Of a stretch of DNA of 47,231 bases, positions 1 to 9,711 are shown piece by piece. The notes beneath the pieces were generated by a model. That model saw only the letters and a program-made list of their open reading frames with translations. It ran no database searches and was not told the DNA's origin. Source of the stretch: Candidatus Saccharimonadota bacterium. Lineage in GTDB: Bacteria; Patescibacteriota; Saccharimonadia; Saccharimonadales; JACDFO01. A program made the translations under genes and the position numbers. Location: assembly GCA_013815785.1 (NCBI GenBank), contig JACDFO010000002.1:1-47231 (forward strand). Direction: 5' to 3'. Each line of letters starts with the position of its first letter. Position 1 is the stretch's first letter.

Positions 1-1298
1 GGATTTTGACCGATAACGTCCATCATGCGTGTCAAAGCGGCCGATGCGCTTGAAGCGTGAAAAGTCGATAATACTAAATGCCCGGTAAGCGCCGCCTGCA
101 AAGCAGTTTTAGCTGTATCCATATCACGAATTTCTCCAACCATGATAATATTCGGGTCTTGGCGCAACATGGCACGTAATCCTGCTGCAAAGGTCATGCC
201 GGCTTTTGGATTAACCTGGGTTTGATTTGCGCCTGGGATTTTATACTCAACCGGATCCTCGATCGTTGAAATATTGACTGCCGGCTTGTTAAGTAGGCTA
301 AGTATACTAAACAGGCTGGTGGATTTACCAGAACCAGTCGGTCCCGTCACCAAAACCATGCCATGGGGTTGCTTGATCGCCTTATTGATTGAATTGAGCG
401 AAAGGCCCCAATACCCGAGCTCTTCTAATGTGGCCGCCTGACTACCCTCGCTGAGAATACGCATAACAACCTTTTCACCTTCAGAAATTGGCAAGGTAGA
501 AACACGAAGCGCATACAAACCACTGCCAACTTGAATCTTAAATCGGCCGTCTTGTGGGGCTCGTCGTTCGTCAATCTTAAGATTGCTTAAGATTTTGATA
601 CGGGACACCAATGCACCGTGTACTTTTTTCGGTAGTTTGTTAGCTTCACGCAAAACACCGTCGACACGGTAGCGGACGATAATGTGGTTTTCTCTTGGCT
701 CAATGTGGATATCGCTAGCGCTGGAGCGAATAGCGTATTCAATGATAAGGTTGACTGTCTGGGCGATCGGCGAATCTTCGGCGAGGTCCTGCTCGTCAAT
801 CTCTTCAACCGTAGACTCTTCCTCATCTTCGCTAGAAACGACTTTGGTAATTTCGTTGCCCATACTGCCGCGGTATTGGTCTAGGGCAGACTGAATGCTA
901 CTTCTGGTTGCAATGTGGACTTTGATTTGCTCGCCAAGTTGTTTTTGCAAGAAGCTGACCGCCTGAATATCGTCAGGGTCTTCCATGGCCAAAAGCTTGG
1001 TCTTATCTTCTTCAACACCGAATAACACCACGTTGTACTGACGAGCGATTCGTTCGGGAATGAGCTTCAATACTTCGTGCTTGATCTCTTTTGGATTCAG
1101 CTCGACATATGGGACGTCGATTTCTTCAGCATATAGCTTGGTCAGATCTTTTTCATCTATCAGATTATTCTGAACAACTAAATCCTGCAGAGGTTTTTTC
1201 TCTGCGTCGCCTTGTTCGTGCAAGGAAGCTATCTGCTCGGGCGTGATACGATCAGCGTTTTTAAGCAGCTTCTCCACCAATGAATCTGATATGCGCAT
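1..1298 (-). CDS. pilB: Type IV pilus / type II secretion ATPase (GspE/PilB family); C-terminus lies beyond the window start
   Basis: Not in the ORF track because it runs off the window. Hand translation of the minus strand from ATG (1298-1296) gives MRISDSLVEKLLKNADRITPEQ... It contains Walker A VLVTGPTGSGKSTS, the RFKIQVGSGLYALRVSTLP segment and DPNIIMVGEIRD, all typical of GspE/PilB ATPases. Confidence 0.9.
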   Translation of the reverse strand, partial: MRISDSLVEKLLKNADRITPEQIASLHEQGDAEKKPLQDLVVQNNLIDEKDLTKLYAEEIDVPYVELNPKEIKHEVLKLIPERIARQYNVVLFGVEEDKTKLLAMEDPDDIQAVSFLQKQLGEQIKVHIATRSSIQSALDQYRGSMGNEITKVVSSEDEEESTVEEIDEQDLAEDSPIAQTVNLIIEYAIRSSASDIHIEPRENHIIVRYRVDGVLREANKLPKKVHGALVSRIKILSNLKIDERRAPQDGRFKIQVGSGLYALRVSTLPISEGEKVVMRILSEGSQAATLEELGYWGLSLNSINKAIKQPHGMVLVTGPTGSGKSTSLFSILSLLNKPAVNISTIEDPVEYKIPGANQTQVNPKAGMTFAAGLRAMLRQDPNIIMVGEIRDMDTAKTALQAALTGHLVLSTFHASSASAALTRMMDVIGQN

Positions 1299-1427
1299 TT
1301 CACCACATTATATAAGAACTTGAGCATAAGCGGTAAAACAATTTTAAAAGCACGCTAAATCACGGGCGTAGATTTTGTTATACTGCATGGAGTAAATGAA
1401 ATAGGGTAGGGGAAGGAACATCTGTAC

Positions 1428-2459
1428 ATGGCAAGCACTAAAGACACTAAGACCGATTCCCAAAAAGAGAGCCAAAAAGAGGGAAAAAGCAAAGCACTGG
1501 GCTTGGCTCTAGAGACGATTGAGAAGCAATTTGGTAAGGGTTCAATCATGAAACTCGGTGATTCCTACAAAGCTGATATAGAAACGACCTCCACTGGTAG
1601 CTTGAGCCTTGATATCGCCCTAGGTGGCGGTATTCCAAAGGGACGTATAGTCGAAGTATATGGTCCGGAAAGTTCTGGTAAGACTACGCTCACCCTACAT
1701 GCGATCGCAGCTATTCAGAAGACAGGTGGCACGGCCGCGTTTATAGATGCCGAACATGCCCTAGACCCATCGTATGCCAAGCGGATTGGGGTAGATGTAG
1801 AGAACTTGCTGCTCAGCCAACCAGATAATGGTGAGCAGGCGCTCGAAATCGTAGAAACGCTAGTTCGTTCCAATGCGGTTGATTTAATTGTTGTTGACTC
1901 CGTTGCTGCACTGGTTCCTAGGGCAGAAATAGAAGGGGACATGGGTGACAGCCACATGGGCTTGCAGGCTCGTCTCATGAGCCAGGCACTTCGTAAACTC
2001 ACCGGTGTTATTAGCCGTTCACATACGACAGTTATCTTCATTAACCAGATTCGTATGAAGATTGGTGTCATGTTTGGTAATCCAGAAACGACCACCGGCG
2101 GTAACGCGTTAAAGTTCTACGCTTCAGTTCGTATGGATATTCGCCGTATTTCGCAAATCAAACAAGGTGAAGCGATTGTAGGTAACCGCACACGCGTCAA
2201 AGTTGTCAAAAACAAAGTAGCCCCACCATTCCGCCAAGCAGAGTTTGACATCATGTATAACGAAGGCATAAGCCGCTCCGGTGATGTGCTGGATTTGGGC
2301 ATCAAATATGAAATCGTTGAAAAGAGCGGAGCATGGCTGACATATGGTTCCCACAAAGTCTCTGGCCGTGAATCGATGCGTCAGTACCTGATAGAAAATC
2401 CGAAAGTCATGGAAGAAATTGCAGGCAAAGTCCGCGAAGCCGTAGAAAAGGAATCTTAG
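1428..2459 (+). CDS. recA: Recombinase RecA
   Basis: 343 aa. Walker [10 protein letters not shown] plus [23 protein letters not shown] and VVDSVAAL; a full-length RecA signature. Confidence 0.98.
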   Translation: MASTKDTKTDSQKESQKEGKSKALGLALETIEKQFGKGSIMKLGDSYKADIETTSTGSLSLDIALGGGIPKGRIVEVYGPESSGKTTLTLHAIAAIQKTGGTAAFIDAEHALDPSYAKRIGVDVENLLLSQPDNGEQALEIVETLVRSNAVDLIVVDSVAALVPRAEIEGDMGDSHMGLQARLMSQALRKLTGVISRSHTTVIFINQIRMKIGVMFGNPETTTGGNALKFYASVRMDIRRISQIKQGEAIVGNRTRVKVVKNKVAPPFRQAEFDIMYNEGISRSGDVLDLGIKYEIVEKSGAWLTYGSHKVSGRESMRQYLIENPKVMEEIAGKVREAVEKES

Positions 2460-2681
2460 GGTGGAAGGTCTAGATTTCCCAAATAGACTGTCATTAGAAC
2501 GACCAAGAACTCCATTAGATTCTGAACTTAGTACTACCGAATCAAATACGTGGACTAGAGTTAAGCTAGATGACGGCATGGACTCAATGTCTTGTTTTGA
2601 AGAACAATCTCCCCAGGGTGAAGTACTAGGCCGTGTTTGGGTTAGGCGTGGTGTGTTTGCTGAAGAAACGGAGTAGTTTCT

Positions 2682-3290
2682 ATGAAAATTACTGCCATCA
2701 AGCAGCAAGTCAAACGTGCCGATAGGTACTCTATTTATGGTGATGAAAAGTATTTATTCTCCTTTTCCGAAGGCGAGTTGCTGGCTAGTGGAATAAGAAT
2801 TGGCCAGGAGCTCGACGAACAACGTCTTGAAGAGCTTAGAAACAAAGCGGTTGTCGATAAGGCGTATGACCGGGCCATAAATTTAATTTCCCGCCGTTTT
2901 AGAAGTGAGTGGGAGTTGCATGACTATTTAAAGCGCAAAGAGTACGATGGAAATGTTCGGGATAAAGTAGTTGACCAGCTGCGTGAGCGTGGTTATGTAA
3001 ACGACACAGATTTTGCAAAACGCTGGGTAGAGAATCGACGACTGCTTAAAAGTACGAGTAAGCGGCGTTTGAGCCAAGAACTCCACCAAAAACGTATCGC
3101 TGACGATATTATCAAAGAAGTGCTTGAAGCCGACGAAACCGATGAACTCGAAGTTCTAAAAGACTTAGTAGAGCGCAAACGTAAACAGACTAAATACCAA
3201 GATGATTTAAAACTAATGCAGTATCTTGCGCGTCAAGGTTTTTCATACGACTTGATAAAAGAATCTCTTACGACGCCATCGGAGCCGTAA
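2682..3290 (+). CDS. recX: Recombination regulator RecX
   Basis: 202 aa, directly downstream of recA. Shows the three-repeat helical RecX pattern (KAYDRAINLISRRFRSEWELHDYLKRK..., FAKRWVENR, LARQGFSYDLI). Confidence 0.85.
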   Translation: MKITAIKQQVKRADRYSIYGDEKYLFSFSEGELLASGIRIGQELDEQRLEELRNKAVVDKAYDRAINLISRRFRSEWELHDYLKRKEYDGNVRDKVVDQLRERGYVNDTDFAKRWVENRRLLKSTSKRRLSQELHQKRIADDIIKEVLEADETDELEVLKDLVERKRKQTKYQDDLKLMQYLARQGFSYDLIKESLTTPSEP

Positions 3291-3795
3291 CTGCTGAACC
3301 AGCTCGGGTCGGTTTGAGAATTTCATTTATAACAATTTTTTTGCTGGTAATCTCGACGATATTGGTCCGATCAACACTTAATTGACCGTTGTTAAGACTC
3401 TTTAAGATCGAACGGCTTACATAAAGTTTCTGAATGTATAGCGTGGTACCATCGGCTGCAAAATCACTAACTTTACCGATTCGTTCTTTGCTAACCGTAT
3501 GCACAGGTTTACCTATCAGCTCAAATTTTAATTCTAAGATATCCTTAAGACGAACTAGTTCGTCTGGATCGGTCAGAGCATGATGATCATTCACTACCAG
3601 TCCTTGCGGTAGGACATCGCGAATTTCTTGGGAAAGGAGAATCATCTGTTTTTTTTCAAACCTGTCTTGACAGTAGAAACCTTCAATCTTCAGATTGTTA
3701 GGATTAATAATAACCCCGAGCGTCGTACCGACCGGCGCTCCGGTTTGCAGGGAAAGTACATCTTTTCCTAGTAAAGCCTCACTGAGTTGCAACAT
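3268..3795 (-). CDS. PRC-barrel domain protein (tandem PRC-like halves)
   Basis: 175 aa. LLGKDVLSLQTGAPVGTTLGVIINPNNLKIEGFYC resembles the PRC-barrel / YlmC-YmxH fold. Its 3' end overlaps recX convergently by 23 nt. Confidence 0.6.
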   Translation of the reverse strand: MLQLSEALLGKDVLSLQTGAPVGTTLGVIINPNNLKIEGFYCQDRFEKKQMILLSQEIRDVLPQGLVVNDHHALTDPDELVRLKDILELKFELIGKPVHTVSKERIGKVSDFAADGTTLYIQKLYVSRSILKSLNNGQLSVDRTNIVEITSKKIVINEILKPTRAGSAVTAPMAS

Positions 3796-3852
3796 GGTTT
3801 AAGTATAACGTAATTGCCAGCGTTGCTAACTAGGCTGTAACATATATCAGAT

Positions 3853-4320
3853 ATGAGTGAGAGCATGAACGTACAAACTGATGACGTAACGGCAACCGAG
3901 CAGCTCGGTAATAATATTGGCAGTAAGCTTCGAGGTGGGGAAGTAATCGAACTGATAAGCGACCTAGGTGGGGGCAAAACTACGTTTGTTCGTGGGCTTG
4001 CAAAGGGTGCAGGCAGTAAAGATCACGTATCTAGCCCGACTTTTACGGTTAGCAAGGTGTATAAATCCCCAAAGTTTGAAATTCATCATTTTGATTTTTA
4101 TCGCCTAAGTGAAGCAGGGGTTTTGGTGCACGAACTGCGTGATTTGCTGGGCGATTCAAAAGTGGTCGTGGTAATCGAATGGGGAGAAATTGTGCAGCAC
4201 GTATTACCAGATACACGCTTAACCATAGAGATAAACCAGACGGAGACTGAGGCAAGGGATTTTTACATGACATTCAGCCCTGCATTCAGCTATCTTTTAG
4301 GAAGTGGTGCTTCGAAATGA
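3853..4320 (+). CDS. tsaE: tRNA t6A37 biosynthesis ATPase TsaE
   Basis: 155 aa. P-loop GDLGGGKTTFVRGL, SPTFT and HFDFYRL motifs. Its TGA stop overlaps the ATG of tsaB. Confidence 0.9.
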   Translation: MSESMNVQTDDVTATEQLGNNIGSKLRGGEVIELISDLGGGKTTFVRGLAKGAGSKDHVSSPTFTVSKVYKSPKFEIHHFDFYRLSEAGVLVHELRDLLGDSKVVVVIEWGEIVQHVLPDTRLTIEINQTETEARDFYMTFSPAFSYLLGSGASK

Positions 4321-4706
4321 TTATTCTGACCATCCGAACCGACAAACCTGAAGCTGAGCTAGGTTTGTATAAAGACGAAAAGCAGCTAGCATATGAAACC
4401 TGGGAAGCTCACCGCCGATTAGCAGAAACGCTCCACGCAAAGCTCAATAACTTACTTACGTTGCAAGGTTTGTCCTTACAACAGATACAAGGTATCGTGA
4501 TATATGAAGGACCGGGGAGTTTTACGGGCCTTCGAATCGGAATGTCGGTTGCTAATGCTCTTGCATATAGCCTGAGCATTCCCATAATTACTGCAAAAGA
4601 TAATTGGATTGAGTGGGGTATCAAGCGTTTGATGGCAGGTGAATCAGATAAGATCGCTATTCCTGAGTATGGTAAATTTGCAAATACCACTACCCCCAGA
4701 AAATGA
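4317..4706 (+). CDS. tsaB: TsaB (YeaZ)-like protein, N-terminal half only
   Basis: 129 aa. GPGSFTGLRIGMSVANALAYSLSIP matches the TsaB core and the gene is translationally coupled to tsaE. It is roughly half the usual length. Confidence 0.75.
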   Translation: MIILTIRTDKPEAELGLYKDEKQLAYETWEAHRRLAETLHAKLNNLLTLQGLSLQQIQGIVIYEGPGSFTGLRIGMSVANALAYSLSIPIITAKDNWIEWGIKRLMAGESDKIAIPEYGKFANTTTPRK

Positions 4707-4737
4707 GTATTAAACACAACGTTTAAGCATAATGGGC

Positions 4738-4765
4738 TTGACAATTTAACAGAGGAGACTATAGT
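4738..4765 (+). promoter_or_regulatory. Sigma70-like promoter (TTGACA, 16 nt, TATAGT)
   Basis: TTGACA at 4738-4743 and TATAGT at 4760-4765. An A/C-rich leader and an AAGGAAAT SD follow, before the ATG at 4826. Confidence 0.5.
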
Positions 4766-4825
4766 CAATTCTGTAGTATTTATTAACAACAAAAAACAAC
4801 CCAAAAATCAAAAAAGGAAATATAA

Positions 4826-5050
4826 ATGAAAACTAAAAGATTGGCCGAATTTGGCTTGTCCTTATCGCTCAGCATGTCATCGCTTCTGGTCGTTGCTGTA
4901 CCGAAGGTTCATGCATCACCACTTGATCTAAGTAATGGTTTTGTATCGATTATCACTAATCCAAAAATTACTATGGTTGCAACATTGTTAGCTAGTGGTG
5001 TGCTCTTAGTAATAGCTCGTCGCTATAATCATGTAAACGCTAGACGCTAA
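4826..5050 (+). CDS. Small secreted protein with a C-terminal TM and basic tail (candidate sortase substrate)
   Basis: 74 aa. Signal peptide ending VHA/S, then a short mature part, the hydrophobic stretch ITMVATLLASGVLLVIA and the tail RRYNHVNARR. It lies 24 nt upstream of a sortase gene. There is no canonical LPXTG. Confidence 0.55.
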   Translation: MKTKRLAEFGLSLSLSMSSLLVVAVPKVHASPLDLSNGFVSIITNPKITMVATLLASGVLLVIARRYNHVNARR

Positions 5051-5074
5051 AAAACTAAAATAAAGATTAAAAAT

Positions 5075-6073
5075 ATGCCAGAGGGCAAACGGATAGAGTC
5101 AGATAGTTCATCATTAGCGGCCAGATCCAGAGGTATCGACCGATCTGTTCGATTTGTGCATCGTCCTTCAGTGCAGCCACCCAAGCTTCGTTCAATGGAC
5201 GGTATCAGTTTAGTTACGTCTCCGCTTAGTCATGGTCTGAATGTTTCTAAACCTCCACCCCAACCTTTAATGATTAAAAAGGTAGTTTCTGGTACGGATG
5301 CAAAACCAAGGCTTGCTCACGTAATGAAACCAGCTTTACCAAGACAGAGTCGTTCAGTAGTACTAACCCGGCAGATGGTGCAGAAAAAGCCAAAAAAACG
5401 CATACCGCACGTATCGCATCGTAGCGGTGTATCCGCTTTGCTCGTTATGATGGCTGTCGCGGTATTTGCAAGCGGCTCCTTCGTGGCTTACATGGGCTGG
5501 AATACTCACAAAAAAGCAGCTGCCCAAGCTGAAGTATTGTCGAGAAGTACTGATAATAAAAATAGTGGCGACGTGCCAGCCGAAGACGCAGTAGATGCCG
5601 ACATTCTAAAAGCCTATCAAGTGTCGCCAGCTTCACCTCGGGTTATCAAGATTCCACGTTTGAAAATTGATGCCCGTGTTAAGCCTCTAAGTCTCAAAGA
5701 CTCTGGGGACCTGATGGCTCCAGATAATATCAATGATGTCGGGTGGTATGATGGCAGTTCAAAACCTGGCGAGAATGGTGCTGTTCTCGTAGATGGTCAC
5801 GTACAAGGACCCACAAAGCCGGGAGTATTTTATCGACTAACCAATTTGAAAGAAGGCGACACGGTTGAAATCGAGCGTGGCGACGGCAAGCTAATTACTT
5901 ACAAAGTTGTAATGACAGAATCCGTCGACCAAGATAAAGTAAACATGACAAAAGCGCTTACCAGTATTGACCCAAGCAAGCCCGGACTTAATCTTATAAC
6001 GTGCACGGGACGGTACGATGTTCGCACCAATAAGTATGAACAACGTCTGATTATCTACACCGTACAGCAGTAA
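5075..6073 (+). CDS. Sortase-family transpeptidase with a long basic N-terminal extension and TM anchor
   Basis: 332 aa. TM segment ALLVMMAVAVFASGSFVAYMGW, catalytic His context AVLVDGHV, TLxTC-like LNLITCTG and a downstream Arg (EQRLIIY). Confidence 0.85.
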   Translation: MPEGKRIESDSSSLAARSRGIDRSVRFVHRPSVQPPKLRSMDGISLVTSPLSHGLNVSKPPPQPLMIKKVVSGTDAKPRLAHVMKPALPRQSRSVVLTRQMVQKKPKKRIPHVSHRSGVSALLVMMAVAVFASGSFVAYMGWNTHKKAAAQAEVLSRSTDNKNSGDVPAEDAVDADILKAYQVSPASPRVIKIPRLKIDARVKPLSLKDSGDLMAPDNINDVGWYDGSSKPGENGAVLVDGHVQGPTKPGVFYRLTNLKEGDTVEIERGDGKLITYKVVMTESVDQDKVNMTKALTSIDPSKPGLNLITCTGRYDVRTNKYEQRLIIYTVQQ

Positions 6074-6247
6074 TTTGTTGACCGTGTTGCTAATAAAAGC
6101 GTATTATTTAAGTAGGATTTTCCGTCTTTTTGGGAGTGAAGTCCGTCTGATTGTTACAAATTTTTGAAATTCTAAAATACAACCCTGGCTAATGAAGTGA
6201 TAGTGATCGCCAAATGGGGCGTATTTTGGTACTGAAAGGAAAAATAT

Positions 6248-7762
6248 ATGGATCCAATTACCTTGGTACTCGCCGTGGCTGGTATCGCTATTGGGTTTGG
6301 TGCGAACCAAACCATTACAAAGAAAAAACTTGGCAGCGCAGAAGAAGCAGTCGAGAAAGAACTCAAAAAAGCCAAAAAAGAAGCTGACAAAGCAATTAGT
6401 GAAGCTCGCGAAGAAGCTGCTCAGCTAGCCGAAGGTGCTCGCAAAGATGAAACCAACCGGCGCAAAGAAATAAAAGAGATTGAGCAGCGTTTGCTGGACC
6501 GCCAGGTTTCGTTAGATAAAAAGTTGGACGAAATTGACAAACGAGCCGAAGGTTTACGCAAAGGCGAAGACGAGGTTGAGGCGCTGAAGAATGAGATACG
6601 TGATATTCGCGGTAAACAACAGGAAAAATTAGAAAAGATTGCCAAGCTGAGTAAATCCGATGCTGCTGACAAGCTTATGCAAATGACAGAGCGCGATATC
6701 CGTAATGATATGACAGGTTTGATTAACAAGCTCCAAAACGAAGCCAAAGATTTGGCAGAAGAAAAAGCGGGCGCGATCATCGTAGAAGCCATGGAACGTA
6801 TGGCAAGCGAAGTTACAGCCGAACGTACAGTTACGGCCGTGAAGCTGGAAGATGAGGAGATGAAGGGTCGTATTATCGGCAAAGAAGGCCGTAACATTCA
6901 GGCCTTACAACGAGCCACTGGTGTCGATATTATGGTCGACGATACACCTGGAATGATTATCTTAAGCTCGTTCGACCCGGTTCGCCGCGAAGTTGCCCGG
7001 CAATCACTAGAGCTGCTGCTTAAAGACGGGCGTGTACACCCTGGTCGCATAGAAGAAGTGGTTGAAAAGGCTCAGAAGAACGTTCAAAAAGAAGTTACTC
7101 GGGCCGGCGAAGACGCTGCGCGAGAAGTCGGCATTATTGGTATTCCACGCGAAATTATCGAACTGCTCGGCGAGCTTAAGTTCCGTACATCTTACGGCCA
7201 AAACGTGCTCAAGCACAGCACGGAAATGGCGCACATCGCCGGTATTATCGCCGAAGAAGTTGGCGCAAACGTAAAAACCGCAAAATACGCAGCCCTCGTG
7301 CACGATCTGGGTAAGGCTTTAACACACAAAGTAGAAGGCAAACATCACCACATCAGCGGGGAAATGCTACGCAAGTACGGTGCACCTGAAGAAGTTGCAT
7401 TAGCAGCAGAGCAGCATCATGATGACGTCGAGGCAACCTCAACCGAAGCTATCATCATCCGTGTCGTGGATGCCATCAGCGCGGCCCGTCCAGGAGCACG
7501 CAATGTGAGCGCAGAGAACTTTGCAGAACGAATGAAGGACCTAGAAAATGTGGCCAACGGCTTCCCGGGAATCGATAAGTCTTACGCTATCAGCGCCGGC
7601 CGTGAAATCCGGGTGTTCGTTAAGCCCGGTCAGATAGATGACCTTAGCGCCATCAAACTGGCCCGTGACATAGCAACCAAGATTGAAGCTAGCATGCAGT
7701 ACCCCGGCACGATCAAGGTGAACGTTATCCGCGAAACCCGCGCCATAGAGTTCGCCAAGTAA
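6248..7762 (+). CDS. rny: Ribonuclease Y
   Basis: 504 aa. N-terminal TM, long coiled coil, KH motif GRIIGKEGRNIQ and HD domain (ALVHDLGK, HH...DD). Confidence 0.97.
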   Translation: MDPITLVLAVAGIAIGFGANQTITKKKLGSAEEAVEKELKKAKKEADKAISEAREEAAQLAEGARKDETNRRKEIKEIEQRLLDRQVSLDKKLDEIDKRAEGLRKGEDEVEALKNEIRDIRGKQQEKLEKIAKLSKSDAADKLMQMTERDIRNDMTGLINKLQNEAKDLAEEKAGAIIVEAMERMASEVTAERTVTAVKLEDEEMKGRIIGKEGRNIQALQRATGVDIMVDDTPGMIILSSFDPVRREVARQSLELLLKDGRVHPGRIEEVVEKAQKNVQKEVTRAGEDAAREVGIIGIPREIIELLGELKFRTSYGQNVLKHSTEMAHIAGIIAEEVGANVKTAKYAALVHDLGKALTHKVEGKHHHISGEMLRKYGAPEEVALAAEQHHDDVEATSTEAIIIRVVDAISAARPGARNVSAENFAERMKDLENVANGFPGIDKSYAISAGREIRVFVKPGQIDDLSAIKLARDIATKIEASMQYPGTIKVNVIRETRAIEFAK

Positions 7763-7768
7763 CGAACT

Positions 7769-8371
7769 ATGCAGACTGAGATTGAAGCAAAATTCTTACA
7801 TGTCAATCATAATGATATTCGTGAGAGACTAAATAACCTTGGTGCAATTTGTGAGCAGCCTATGAGGCTAATGAGAAGGGTGATGTTAGATCATGCAGAT
7901 CAACGTTATCAACGGGGCAATCAAGCTGAGCGATTACGCGTGCGTGACGAAGGAGACAAGGTAACAGTTACATACAAGGCTTCGAACGAAACAAATTACC
8001 CGTATGAGGTTGAAGCGCGAGTTAATTCATTTGATGAGATGGGTAAGCTACTTAAAGCCCTCGGCTTTGTTGAATATAGTTTTCAAGAATCAAAACGAGA
8101 AACCTGGCATTACAAAAATGTTGAAATCGTTTTAGATGAATGGCCATGGCTTGATCAATATATTGAAATAGAAGGCAAAAGCGAAAAAGATATTAAGAAT
8201 GTAGCTGAAAAATTGGGTTTCGATTGGAAGGATTCTAAATATGGTAGCGTCGATACTGCTTATATGCAGCAATACCCAGGTATGAAAGTAACTGAATCAA
8301 TCGGTGATTTATCTAATGTATGTTTCAATGAACCTTTACCTCAGTATCTAATTGATCGGCAAAGAAAATGA
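7769..8371 (+). CDS. CYTH-domain protein (class IV adenylate cyclase / triphosphatase fold)
   Basis: 200 aa. N-terminal ExExK signature EIEAKF, followed by RLRVRDEGDKVTVTYK, a beta-barrel pattern typical of CYTH. Confidence 0.75.
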   Translation: MQTEIEAKFLHVNHNDIRERLNNLGAICEQPMRLMRRVMLDHADQRYQRGNQAERLRVRDEGDKVTVTYKASNETNYPYEVEARVNSFDEMGKLLKALGFVEYSFQESKRETWHYKNVEIVLDEWPWLDQYIEIEGKSEKDIKNVAEKLGFDWKDSKYGSVDTAYMQQYPGMKVTESIGDLSNVCFNEPLPQYLIDRQRK

Positions 8372-9144
8372 AAATACTGTATGTCGGGGATATCATGGGG
8401 CGGCCGGGAGTTGATGTGGTGGCTAAAGTTTTGCCAGATTTGATACAAGAATATGCGGTAGATTTTGTGATTGCTCAGGGGGAGAATGTAACAGAAGGGC
8501 GTGGTATGTCAATTGAAGACATGCAAGAGCTACAAAGTTACGGCGTGGACTTTTTTACGGGAGGTAACTGGAGTTTGTTCCGAGAAGGCGTTTTAACAGA
8601 TGAACATCCAGTAATTCGACCTGCTAATTATCCCGATGGCACACCAGGGGTGGGGTACAAACGCGTTACTTACGCTACAGGTAGCGTACTCGTCGTTACA
8701 TTATTGGGCAAAATTGTTGGAAAAGATGCTGGAAAACCCATTAAAAACCCCTTGCAAACAATAGACGAAATACTTGAAACCGCAGATAAATCAGACGCAA
8801 TAGTTGTTAATTTTCACGGAGATTACTCTAGTGAAAAACGAGTAATTGGCTACTATCTTGATGGCAGAGTGAGTGCTGTTATTGGCGACCACTGGCATGT
8901 GCCAACAGCCGACGCTATGGTTCTACCGAAAGGCACTGCTCATATCACTGATGTAGGAATGTGTGGTACCTTGCACTCCAGCCTAGGCGTTAAAACCGAT
9001 ACCATCATTACCCGCTGGCGGGATGGCTTGGTAAATAAAAATGAACTGGAAACAGAAGGCCCGATGCAATTTAATGCAGTTCTGGTGAACACGGTGGATG
9101 GTCTGGCTAGTGATATTTCGCACATTCAGACCATATTTGAATAA
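8368..9144 (+). CDS. ymdB: YmdB-family metallophosphoesterase (2',3'-cyclic nucleotide phosphodiesterase-like)
   Basis: 258 aa. MKILYVGDIMGRPG, GENVTEGRG, NFHGD and GDHWHVPT motifs. The rny-ymdB neighbourhood matches that seen in Firmicutes. Confidence 0.9.
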   Translation: MKILYVGDIMGRPGVDVVAKVLPDLIQEYAVDFVIAQGENVTEGRGMSIEDMQELQSYGVDFFTGGNWSLFREGVLTDEHPVIRPANYPDGTPGVGYKRVTYATGSVLVVTLLGKIVGKDAGKPIKNPLQTIDEILETADKSDAIVVNFHGDYSSEKRVIGYYLDGRVSAVIGDHWHVPTADAMVLPKGTAHITDVGMCGTLHSSLGVKTDTIITRWRDGLVNKNELETEGPMQFNAVLVNTVDGLASDISHIQTIFE

Positions 9145-9166
9145 TTATTGCTATTATTAATGCACT

Positions 9167-9544
9167 ATGAGCGTTAACACCGCTAATACACTTACATTGC
9201 AGCGTGGGCTGTTAGTTATATGCCTTGCCGAACAGCAGACAGGTCATGAGCTGGCAAAACTGAAAACCCTTATTATAAAAACAGGTCAGACCTACGATGA
9301 AAATCTTGATATCCTGGTGGATGCATCGGCAATTAAAACTTCCGAAGAAAACACTATTACAGTAGCTAGATCATTTTTTATCGAACTGCCTTTTAGAAGC
9401 ATGGCGTTATATGGAGGGAATCTTACCGTAAATGTCGGACTTAGGCTTGTTATCAATATATTTAGTAGTCCTGGAATGGGTGAGGTAAAGATTTTTAAAA
9501 CCGAAGAAAAGGCCCGAGCTTGGCTCAGCGAATATCAAAAATAA
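9167..9544 (+). CDS. Hypothetical protein, possibly SpoIIAA/STAS-like
   Basis: 125 aa. The only hint is a weak resemblance of the C-terminus (VKIFKTEEKARAWL) to STAS/SpoIIAA-like proteins. Confidence 0.35.
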   Translation: MSVNTANTLTLQRGLLVICLAEQQTGHELAKLKTLIIKTGQTYDENLDILVDASAIKTSEENTITVARSFFIELPFRSMALYGGNLTVNVGLRLVINIFSSPGMGEVKIFKTEEKARAWLSEYQK

Positions 9545-9567
9545 AATTTTCTAGAATAAGCAGATTA

Positions 9568-9643
9568 TGGTCGGGGTGAAAGGACTCGAACCTTCGACCT
9601 CACGGTCCCAAACCGCGCGCGCTACCAACTGCGCCACACCCCG
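9568..9643 (-). tRNA. tRNA-Pro (anticodon TGG), CCA encoded
   Basis: The reverse complement CGGGGTG TG GCGC AGTTGGTA GCGC G CGCGG TTTGGGA CCGTG AGGTC GAAGG TTCGAGT CCTTT CACCCCG A CCA folds by hand into a cloverleaf. Confidence 0.9.
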
Positions 9644-9711
9644 TTATATAAGATGCTTATTCAGTGTGCTATTTTAGCATCTTTATCATGATTTGTTATA
9701 TCTTAATTGTC

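Noticed and set aside
2461-2676. 71-aa ORF in the 220-nt recA-recX spacer
   Set aside because: It has a non-ATG start, no SD and no recognisable motif, and its composition is unlike that of neighbouring genes. It is most likely non-coding spacer. A small hairpin that places the recX SD in its loop is visible at 2661-2681, but nothing else could be assigned.
1715-2708. Long antisense ORFs inside recA, with similar cases inside rny (6421-6897, 7007-7303), murA (17250-17669), murB (20453-20827), the kinases (23649-24134, 24975-25235), murD (35550-35837) and the receivers (36057-36446)
   Set aside because: Each lies opposite or out of frame to a gene with unmistakable family motifs. The translations are low-complexity or Ser/Leu/Arg-rich, as expected for antisense frames.
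4317-8371. Alternative genetic code (UGA as Gly, code 25) as used by some CPR lineages
   Set aside because: TGA ends tsaE and the CYTH gene exactly where the next gene's ATG overlaps it (ATGA). Homology ends at those points, so the standard code 11 fits.
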